From Trueperaceae bacterium (GTDB lineage: Bacteria; Deinococcota; Deinococci; Deinococcales; Trueperaceae): 64,000 nucleotides of DNA. Shown piece by piece: positions 50,242-58,437 of this stretch; position 1 is the first letter of the stretch; each line of letters starts with the position of its first letter. The notes under the pieces are model-generated. The model was not told the DNA's origin. It worked only from the letters and a program-made list of their open reading frames with translations, and ran no database searches. The translations under genes and the position numbers were made by a program. The stretch spans positions 832,001-896,000 of the forward strand of contig CBDCDZ010000004.1 in NCBI GenBank assembly GCA_965215565.1. The letters run 5' to 3'.

Positions 50242-50821
50242 CTACTTCACGACGCCCCGCTCCGGCGCGTGGCTAAACATCTTCGTCACGAGGTCCTTGA
50301 TGCCGCCACGCTGATTCAAGCGTGGGAAGGGCTCGTCTGGCACCGGCATATCTAAAAGGTTGCAGAGCGGCTCCCACTTTTCTTTGACGCTGTAAACGAG
50401 CAGCTTATCCTCACCAACGAACGCTTTGACCTTTTCGGTATGACGCTCGAAAAAGTCCGTCATAAACACCTTGTCGTCCATCTTGCCCTCGAAGATGCCC
50501 TCGGCGGCGTAGGTGGTCAAAAATCGCTTGACGCGCCTCACTTGCGGGATCGGTAAGTTGAGGCTCTGCGCCTGCTCAAACGTGCTGCTGATGCTCTCGA
50601 ACCACCCTTCAGGGTCGCGGACGCTCAGCATGACTTTAGCGTCTGGGTGGGCGCGGATAATGTCCTCGAAAAAAGACCGGCGGGCCAATCTGCCACCTCG
50701 TAGTTAGCGAAGAAAGCGCGCCAATCGACCGCCGCGCCCTCCATTGCACCTTCCCACGTGTCCATATCTTTAGGGCTCGTGAAGAGGTCCGTGGTGTGGT
50801 AGATGGGCGAAAATTACTCAT
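50242..50821 (-). pseudogene. Sulfotransferase-family (P-loop) protein fragments
   Basis: PDAKVMLSVRDPEGWFES, WEPLC, PFPRLN; N-terminus broken across frames. Confidence 0.65.
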
Positions 50822-51221
50822 TCGCCGCGCCTCTAAACCAGAGGTCTAGCACGTCCTCAGCGTAGCGCGCCGAGCTTTCGGTCCACGCTTCGTCCGAAAG
50901 GTGTTTGTTCGTCATGAAAAATAGGATGAAGGAGCTGAAAAACGCTTTCGCCGCGCTTTCCGTCGCCAAGTCTGAGTGCAATTCGCCGCCTCGGACGCGC
51001 CCATCTAAATACGCCGCGAGCGCGCCCGCTGTGGACTCGACGATGTGCGAAAACAGGGCGTAGAGTTCGTCATTGGGGCGCGACTCGCCGAGCATCATGT
51101 TGAGAAACTGGGCTTCGGCGCGCAGCAGACGAACGAAGCTCTCAGCGATGAGCGTCAGACATTCGCGTGCGGGGCGCTCGTTCATGTGCTCCAGCATCCG
51201 CCCTTTCGTTGCGTACAGCAC
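50814..51221 (-). pseudogene. TetR C-terminal domain remnant without HTH
   Basis: Helical TetR_C-like composition; no N-terminal HTH. Confidence 0.5.
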
Positions 51222-51401
51222 GGTTCTTCTTCCTGCTAGCGCCTATGGTGACAAGATGTTTTTATACCGAAGTGAAGTTTGGATGTCAAACTGCGACATC
51301 CAAACCGCGCGGATGCGCGTACCCTCGAACGCCTTCAAATTGCAACATCCTTTATTCAATCTGGTACTATCCCTTGCAGATGTAGAAACGGAGCGGCCTT
51401 T

Positions 51402-52895
51402 ATGTGCGGCATAACTGGCCTGTGGGGCAAAACGGACGTCGAGGATGTCAGGGCGATGATGCGCAAGCTCGAGCACCGGGGACCCGACGGCTCGGGCACC
51501 TTCGCGGGCGAGCGCGGCGTCTTGGGGCACCGGCGGCTCGCCATCATGGACCCCGAGATGGGTCAGCAACCCTACGAGGAAGAGACGCTCAGCCTGGCGG
51601 CGAACGGCGAGATTTACAACTGGCAGACCTTGCGTGAGAGCGTCGGCGAGGGGCACATCTTTAAGACCGACGCCGATACCGAAGTCGCCTTACACCTCTT
51701 CGAAGAGGAGGGCCAGCGCTCGCTCGAGGCGTTAGACGGCATGTTCGCGCTCGCCTTCTCAAACGACGATGAGCTTATCTTGGCGCGCGACCCCATCGGC
51801 ATCAAACCGCTTTACTACAGCCGCTTCGAGGAGGGCGGCCCGCTGCGTTTCGCCTCGGAGATGAAGGCGCTCTTAGGCGACGGCGCGCCGATCTACGAAC
51901 TGCCACCGGGCAGCGCGTACAGCACGAAAACAGGCGTCAAACGCTTCTACGATCTACCTAACCCGTCCGAGATGCTGAGTGACGTGGACGATATCGCCAC
52001 AAAAATACGCCAGACCCTTACCGAGGCTACCGACAAGCGGCTCATGAGCGACGTCCCTCTGGGCGCGTTTCTTTCGGGCGGGCTGGACAGCTCGATCATC
52101 GTCGCCCTGATGATGCAGCAGCGCGAGACGATGCACACGTTTTCGGTAGGCTTAGAAGGTTCGCCCGACTTAGAGGCGGCGCGGTTCGTCTCAGATCACC
52201 TCGGCACGCAGCACCACGAGTACGTATTCAAAGCCGAAGAGGTCAAGCGCAAATTGCCCAACATCATCTATCACTTGGAGTCCTTCGACCAGGACCTCGT
52301 GCGGAGCGTGATCCCGACCTACTTTACAGCGCGTTTAGCAGCGGAACACGTCAAGGTCATCCTGACGGGCGAAGGCGCGGACGAACTCTTCGCAGGCTAC
52401 ACCTACTACCGCGACTACGAGGATTACGGCGAGCTGCATAACGAGTTACGCCGCTCGATTTCAGCGATGCACAACGTCAATTTGCAGCGCGTCGATAGGA
52501 TGACGATGGCGCACAGCATCGAGGGGCGCGTGCCCTTCTTGGACACGGCGCTCATCGAGCTTGCGCTGCGCGTCCCTCCTGAATTAAAGCTGCTCCGCGA
52601 AGAGGGTAAAAGACCCGTCGAGAAGTGGATCTTGCGCAGAGCTTTCGAAGACCTCTTGCCCGAAGAGATCGTCTGGCGTGACAAAGCGCAGTTCGATGAG
52701 GGGAGCGGCACGACTGAGATGCTCGTCAACTTCATCAAAGAGGAGACGCAGGAGATGGACGTCGAGGCGTTTCGAGCGGAGCACGCCGAGGTCAAGCTGC
52801 GCTCGGCGGAGGAGTGCTACTACTACAGCGTGTTCGAAGAGGTGTTCGAGAACCCCGAACTGATGGTGCCGAATATCGGACGGTGGGCGGACTGA
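51402..52895 (+). CDS. asnB: Asparagine synthase (glutamine-hydrolysing)
   Basis: MCGI N-terminus, HRGPD, NGEIYN, LSGGLDSS, GEGADELF. Confidence 0.93.
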   Translation: MCGITGLWGKTDVEDVRAMMRKLEHRGPDGSGTFAGERGVLGHRRLAIMDPEMGQQPYEEETLSLAANGEIYNWQTLRESVGEGHIFKTDADTEVALHLFEEEGQRSLEALDGMFALAFSNDDELILARDPIGIKPLYYSRFEEGGPLRFASEMKALLGDGAPIYELPPGSAYSTKTGVKRFYDLPNPSEMLSDVDDIATKIRQTLTEATDKRLMSDVPLGAFLSGGLDSSIIVALMMQQRETMHTFSVGLEGSPDLEAARFVSDHLGTQHHEYVFKAEEVKRKLPNIIYHLESFDQDLVRSVIPTYFTARLAAEHVKVILTGEGADELFAGYTYYRDYEDYGELHNELRRSISAMHNVNLQRVDRMTMAHSIEGRVPFLDTALIELALRVPPELKLLREEGKRPVEKWILRRAFEDLLPEEIVWRDKAQFDEGSGTTEMLVNFIKEETQEMDVEAFRAEHAEVKLRSAEECYYYSVFEEVFENPELMVPNIGRWAD

Positions 52896-53048
52896 AGTGT
52901 GACGCGCCGAAACCTTATTAAGCGGCGTTAGAAGCTTAACAGAACCTCGAAAATCCCCGTAAAATGGGGATTTTCATACATTTCGGGTGGTAAATTCGAC
53001 ATATCTTCGAAATGTGCTAAGGTAGCGTAAATTATTAGGAGGCAATAT

Positions 53049-53342
53049 ATGGCGCAGAATGAGACCCTTTCGAAAAGCGACATCATCGATCAGATCGCTG
53101 GCGACGCGGACATGGCAAAAAAAGATGTGAAGACCGTCGTCGACCACTTTTTAGAAGCCATCTCCAACCAGCTTAACAGCGGCGGTAAGGTGCAGCTCAC
53201 GGGCTTCGGCACGTTCGAGGTGCGTGAACGTCAAGCGCGCGAGGGCGTCAAGCCCGGCACGAGCGAAAAGATTCAGATTCCGGCGAGCAAAGCGCCTGCG
53301 TTCAAAGCGGGCAAGTCGCTTAAAGAAGTAGTCAACAGCTAA
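53049..53342 (+). CDS. hup: HU family DNA-binding protein
   Basis: VQLTGFGTFEVRER, PAFKAGKSLK. Confidence 0.93.
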   Translation: MAQNETLSKSDIIDQIAGDADMAKKDVKTVVDHFLEAISNQLNSGGKVQLTGFGTFEVRERQAREGVKPGTSEKIQIPASKAPAFKAGKSLKEVVNS

Positions 53343-53351
53343 GTTTTTCGG

Positions 53352-53463
53352 TAGTGGCTTTATCTGGAACGACGCCGATGTCAAAGCAAGAGGTTTCAAC
53401 CCCTTGTTCATCACATAGAGATAGCAGAAGGAGCATATAGCAGCATTCGACTTGAAACCACTA
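53352..53463 (+). repeat. MITE-like repeat family B, copy 2
   Basis: Termini TAGTGGCTT / AAACCACTA; homologous to 43479-43602. Confidence 0.75.
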
Positions 53464-53486
53464 CCAAGTCTTTCAAGCATAAACTC

Positions 53487-53516
53487 AGGAGAGCGCCGCG
53501 GCGCTCTCCTTTTTTT
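53487..53516 (+). terminator. Rho-independent terminator
   Basis: AGGAGAGCGCCGCGGCGCTCTCCT followed by a T run. Confidence 0.85.
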
Positions 53517-53568
53517 GTCTCCTCAACCTAGCGGTTGACCTCCCCCCCACCATTTGCTACGTTACCCT

Positions 53569-54597
53569 ATGGCGTCAACCGCACCGAACCCGCAGGCTCC
53601 CGCAGCCCATACCTCGCTCGACCCCGTTCTCGCGCGTCAGTGGCTGGCGGTGGCGAAGGCGGCGGACCTGGACGCTCAGCCCGTGCGCGTCCAGGTGCTC
53701 GGCGAGCCGCTGGTAGTGTGGCGCAGCCCAAGCGGGGTTCACGCCTTTAATGACCTCTGCGTGCATAGGGGCGCGGCGCTTTCGCTTGGGCGCGTGGTGG
53801 ACGGTGCGTTAGTCTGCCCGTATCACGGCTGGCGCTACGGCGGGGATGGGCGCTGCGTCCACATCCCCGCGCAGCCACAAGGGGCGGGGATTCCCACCAA
53901 AGCCAGGGCGTTTCGCTACGGATGTTTAGAGGCTTACGGGCTCATCTGGGTCTCTTTAGAGGAATCGCAGGAGGAGGTGCCGCGCTACGCAGAGGCGGGC
54001 GACGCCACCTTCCGCACCCTCATCTGCGGACCTTACCTCTTAGAGGCTGCGCCGCCGCGCATCGTCGAGAATTTCTTGGACGTGTCGCACCTCATGTGGG
54101 TGCACGAGGGGCTCCTCGGCGACGCGGCCCACGCCGAAATCCCTGAGCACCGCGTTCACGAGCGTGACGGTGCGCAGGGTGGCGGGCTCGTCAGCGACAC
54201 CATCGACATCTTTCAGCCCGACCCCGACGGACGCGGACGCGGCGTCACCAACCGCTACGTCTACGAGGTGCTCGCGCCGACTACCGCGCGCTTCCGCAAG
54301 ACCGATCCCGACTCGGACCGCGTCCTCGCTATGATGCTCCACGCAGCGCCGCTGGGTAGCGGCGAGAGCGTCGTCTACGCGCTCCTCTCGCGCAACTACG
54401 ACTTGGACGTGCCCGACGAAGTCTTTATCAACTTTCAGAACACGCTGATGGAGCAAGACCGCCGCATCGTCGAGAGCCAGCGCCCGGAGCGCTTACCGCT
54501 CGACTTGCAAGCGGAGTTGCACCTCAAGTCGGACCGGCTGGCCATTGCTTACAGGCGCTACCTCTCGGAGCGGGGCGTGCGCCTCGGGACGGCTTAG
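53569..54597 (+). CDS. Rieske non-heme iron oxygenase alpha subunit (VanA-like)
   Basis: CVHRG...CPYHGW; ENFLDVSHLMWVH. Confidence 0.9.
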   Translation: MASTAPNPQAPAAHTSLDPVLARQWLAVAKAADLDAQPVRVQVLGEPLVVWRSPSGVHAFNDLCVHRGAALSLGRVVDGALVCPYHGWRYGGDGRCVHIPAQPQGAGIPTKARAFRYGCLEAYGLIWVSLEESQEEVPRYAEAGDATFRTLICGPYLLEAAPPRIVENFLDVSHLMWVHEGLLGDAAHAEIPEHRVHERDGAQGGGLVSDTIDIFQPDPDGRGRGVTNRYVYEVLAPTTARFRKTDPDSDRVLAMMLHAAPLGSGESVVYALLSRNYDLDVPDEVFINFQNTLMEQDRRIVESQRPERLPLDLQAELHLKSDRLAIAYRRYLSERGVRLGTA

Positions 54598-54647
54598 GGG
54601 CACAGAAAATAGGTAAAAAACACGCGCTGCTCTCGCTGGCTCGCGCC

Positions 54648-55568
54648 TCACCCCTCAACAGCGTCCAGCGCCTCGTAGCGCACGCCCGTCAGCCTCTCTG
54701 ACGCCACCCACAGTTGCCGCGCCACGCCGACGTCTTGCGATTCCTCAGAGGAGTCCACGCGGCGCGGATGACCTCTTATCTCCTGAAAGCCGTCGGGTCC
54801 AAAATACTCGTTTCCCCTTACGCCAGGCGCAGTCGCCGCGTAGAGCGTCGGCAGCGCGCCCATCTCGGGCTCTTGCATGATGAGGTTGAGTAGAGGACGC
54901 CACACGCTGGACATGTGGCTCTGCAAGTTGGTCTTCGTGCCGCCGGGGTGCGCGGCGACAGCTACCGTATCGGCGCGGGCAGCTTCTAAGCGGTTTTGCA
55001 GTTCCAAAGTGAAGAGCAGATTCGCGAGTTTGCTGCGCCCGTAGGCTCGCCAGGGTTTGTAGCCCTGTTCCGCCTGGAGGTCCTCAAAGTCCATCTCGCC
55101 CATGCGGTGCGCGCCGCTACTCACCGTGACGACTCTCGAGCCCGGCGTCGCCAAGAGCCGTTCCAAGAGGTGCCCCGTCAGCGCGAAGTGCCCCAGGTGG
55201 TTCGCGCCGAACTGCAGCTCGAAACCGTCCTCCGTCTGGGTGTAGGGGGGCACCATCACGCCCGCGTTGTTGATGAGCAAATCCAACCGGTCGTACTTGG
55301 CTTTGAAGCTTTCGGCGAAGGTGCGCACCGAGGCGAGGCTGGCTAAGTCGAGCGGGAAGACGTCTAAGTTGGCGCTCGCGCCCTCTCGCCGGATTGCGTC
55401 GGCGGCGGCGTTCGCTTTGTCCAGATTGCGGCACGCCATGACGAGCGTCGCGCCCTCTGCATAGAGCGCCTTTGCGGTCTCGAAACCGATGCCGCTGTTC
55501 GCCCCGGTCACGACGGCGACGCGGCCCGTCTGGTCAGTCATGTCGTTGGCGGTCCATTTCTGGGTCAT
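54648..55568 (-). CDS. SDR oxidoreductase (retinol dehydrogenase/WWOX-like)
   Basis: TGANSGIG, NNAGVM, NHLGHF, YGRSK. Confidence 0.92.
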   Translation of the reverse strand: MTQKWTANDMTDQTGRVAVVTGANSGIGFETAKALYAEGATLVMACRNLDKANAAADAIRREGASANLDVFPLDLASLASVRTFAESFKAKYDRLDLLINNAGVMVPPYTQTEDGFELQFGANHLGHFALTGHLLERLLATPGSRVVTVSSGAHRMGEMDFEDLQAEQGYKPWRAYGRSKLANLLFTLELQNRLEAARADTVAVAAHPGGTKTNLQSHMSSVWRPLLNLIMQEPEMGALPTLYAATAPGVRGNEYFGPDGFQEIRGHPRRVDSSEESQDVGVARQLWVASERLTGVRYEALDAVEG

Positions 55569-55805
55569 TATGTCCTCTCTTGGGGTCCCTCTCTGATCCC
55601 TTCATCATAAGGGGTGGAGCGCCGGAGCGTGTCGTCTCATTCTCTGAGGTCGCGCTCCCAGCGTCAGGGAGCGCTAGTAACTCGAAAGATGAGTTACCCT
55701 AAAAGAGCCGCTGCGCTTCACGGTCCTTGTGAGAATCCGTATAGCCAAAAACCCCCACTCTCGTAAGATATTTGTAAGACCTCTTGCTCTACCCTTTCCT
55801 TAACT

Positions 55806-58055
55806 ATGACGACGTTACCCGACGTAAAGCCACATCACGCCGCGCACGAGCAAGGCCAAACGGAGCTGTTGGGAGGTGAGCGCTTTAGTGGCGACATTAT
55901 CAGCAGCTTGCCGGGCATCTTCTACCTCTTCGACGAGCGGGGCAAGATGCTGCGCTGGAATGAAAACCTCGAGCGCGTCACAGCGTATACGGGCGCGGAA
56001 ATCGCCACGATGAGTTCTTTAGAGTTCTTCAGCGTAGCGCAGCAGGCGACCATGGCAGACGTGATCGGACGCGCCTTGGTGGAGGGCAACGCTTCGGTAG
56101 ACGCCGAACTCGTCGCAAAAGACGGGCGCGCGACGCCCTACCTCTTCTCAGCTAAGTGCGTCGTTTCTAAGGGGCAGCGCTACCTTGTGGGAACGGGCAC
56201 GGACGTCAGCGAGCGCAAGGAGACGGAAGCCGCGCTCGCCGAGAGCGAGCAGAAGTTCCGACAACTCGCGGAGCGCATCAACGCAGTTTTTTGGGTGAGC
56301 GACCTGGGCAAGAACGAGATGGTCTACATCAGCCCGGCTTACGAGACGGTCTGGGGGCGCACGCGCTCGAGCCTCTACAAGACACCTTACTCTTTCATCG
56401 ACGCCATTCACGCCGACGACAGGGCGCGCGTCGTGGCGGCGTTCGCGCTGCAAGCCGAGGGCAAATACGACGAAACTTACCGGGTAGTGCAACCTGACGG
56501 CGCGGTTCGTTGGGTCAGAGACCGGGCGTTTCCGATCCACGACGAGAGGGGCGTTCCCTACCGCGTCGTCGGCTTCGCTGAGGACATCACCGAACTCAAA
56601 GGGGCGAACGAGGCGCTTGCGGCGCTCAACCGTGACCTCGAGCGGCGCGTCGCCGAGCGCACCGCCGAACTCGCGAGCGCAAACGAGCAGCTTTTACACG
56701 ACGCCTTCCATGACGCGCTCACGGGTCTGCCTAACCGCGCTCTGTTCATGGACCGCTTAGGGCAAGCGTTAGCGCGTGAACAGCGCAACCCTGAGGACGC
56801 CTTCGCTGTGTTGTTCCTCGACTTCGACCGCTTCAAAGAGGTCAACGACACGCTCGGTCACGCGGCGGGCGACGCGCTACTTTGCGACGTTGCCGCGCGC
56901 CTGGAAGCGTGCTTGCGCTCCACGGACACGGTGGCGCGCCTCGGCGGGGACGAATTCACCCTGCTCGCTTTGGAGGTGCCTAGCTTAGAGGACGTTGCCA
57001 GACTCGTTGAACGGCTCCAAGCCGCGTTCGCCTCGCCCTTTCACCTCGAAGATCAGACGCTCTCCCTCTCGGCGAGCGTCGGAGTTGTGCTGAGCCGCGC
57101 TCTGAGCGGCGTCGGTTACGCACACGCCGACGAGGTCTTGCGCGACGCCGACTTCGCGATGTACCGCGCCAAAGCGCAGGGTGAAGGGGAGCACGTCATC
57201 TTCGACTCGGGTATGCGCGAGCGCGCCCTCGCCCGGACTACCTTGGAGTCTGACTTGCGACTCGCCCTCGAGCGCGGTGAGCTGCGCGTCCACTATCAGC
57301 CCATCATGACGACCCGTGCTGGGCTCGGCGATGATGAACCGAACAACACGAACGCCACAGTTCTGGCAGGCTTCGAAGCGCTGGTGCGCTGGCAGCACCC
57401 CGAGCGCGGGCTGGTCACACCCGCCGAATTCATCCCGGTAGCCGAAGAGACCGGGCTCATCACCGAGATCGACCGCTTCGTGCTGTGCGAGGCGAGCCGG
57501 CAGATGGCGGCGTGGCGGGCGCGTTTAGGCGAGACGCTCGAGCTTAGCGTCAACCTCTCGAGCGCCGCGTTTGCCCGCGCTGACCTCGTGACCTACGTCG
57601 CGGACGTGCTGCGCGACACGGGTCTGGCGGCGGCGCGGCTCAAGCTGGAGATCACCGAACGCCTGCTGATGGACGACGCACCAGTGGTGAGCAGAGCGCT
57701 TAACGGGCTGCGCGAGCTAGGCGTCCAGCTTCACATCGACGACTTCGGCACCGGCTACTCGTCCTTATCCTACCTGCAACGCTTCAGCGCGCACACGCTC
57801 AAGATCGACCGCTCCTTTGTGGACAAGATGGTGCAGAGTTCAAAGAGCGCGGAGCTAGTGCGCACTATCGTCGCGATGGCGCACGCCCTCGGGATGCGCG
57901 TCGTCGCAGAGGGCGTGGAGACGGCGGCGCAGTTGGCGCAGCTCGAGGCGCTAGGCTGCGAGTACGTGCAGGGCTACCTGTTCTCGCGACCTCTGGGCGC
58001 AGACGCAGCGCTGGCGTTCGCCGAAGCGCACGCTGCGCCGCTGACGCTGGCTTGA
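55806..58055 (+). CDS. PAS-PAS-GGDEF-EAL c-di-GMP enzyme
   Basis: Two PAS/PAC domains, GGDEF, EAL, DDFGTGYSS. Confidence 0.95.
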   Translation: MTTLPDVKPHHAAHEQGQTELLGGERFSGDIISSLPGIFYLFDERGKMLRWNENLERVTAYTGAEIATMSSLEFFSVAQQATMADVIGRALVEGNASVDAELVAKDGRATPYLFSAKCVVSKGQRYLVGTGTDVSERKETEAALAESEQKFRQLAERINAVFWVSDLGKNEMVYISPAYETVWGRTRSSLYKTPYSFIDAIHADDRARVVAAFALQAEGKYDETYRVVQPDGAVRWVRDRAFPIHDERGVPYRVVGFAEDITELKGANEALAALNRDLERRVAERTAELASANEQLLHDAFHDALTGLPNRALFMDRLGQALAREQRNPEDAFAVLFLDFDRFKEVNDTLGHAAGDALLCDVAARLEACLRSTDTVARLGGDEFTLLALEVPSLEDVARLVERLQAAFASPFHLEDQTLSLSASVGVVLSRALSGVGYAHADEVLRDADFAMYRAKAQGEGEHVIFDSGMRERALARTTLESDLRLALERGELRVHYQPIMTTRAGLGDDEPNNTNATVLAGFEALVRWQHPERGLVTPAEFIPVAEETGLITEIDRFVLCEASRQMAAWRARLGETLELSVNLSSAAFARADLVTYVADVLRDTGLAAARLKLEITERLLMDDAPVVSRALNGLRELGVQLHIDDFGTGYSSLSYLQRFSAHTLKIDRSFVDKMVQSSKSAELVRTIVAMAHALGMRVVAEGVETAAQLAQLEALGCEYVQGYLFSRPLGADAALAFAEAHAAPLTLA

Positions 58056-58118
58056 GACTGCCTCACCACTTTGAAATTACGAGAAGTCATATGGACCAAG
58101 GTGGAGGGATTGCGCGGT

Positions 58119-58147
58119 GTAGGGGCAGGTTTCAAACCTGCCCCTAC
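58119..58147. repeat. GTAG-type REP-like palindrome
   Basis: GTAGGGGCAGGTTT-C-AAACCTGCCCCTAC. Confidence 0.75.
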
Positions 58148-58150
58148 TAC

Positions 58151-58281
58151 TAGCAGGTATCATCTGGTCTGAGACACCCTCACTGTAGAAAACACCGTTT
58201 AGCACGCACGTTTTGAGGTGAAATCCCGCTAGCTTCGCTGAGACCTGCGGCACTCTGTCTCAATATGTTTTGGAAGTGCTA
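58151..58281 (+). repeat. MITE-like repeat family A, copy 3
   Basis: TAGCAGGTATCATCTGG...GGAAGTGCTA. Confidence 0.75.
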
Positions 58282-58437
58282 TACGTTCGCCTTCTTCTGC
58301 GACTTTTCCAGCGAGGTCCACCAAAATAAGTCTTCGTCACGGATGCGCGAACAAAGTTGTGCGGCTCCAAAGAGGTTGAGCGGCGTAAGACCTGAGTAGA
58401 GTCTGGCGCTCACCCCCGCACTTTGTTACACTCACTC

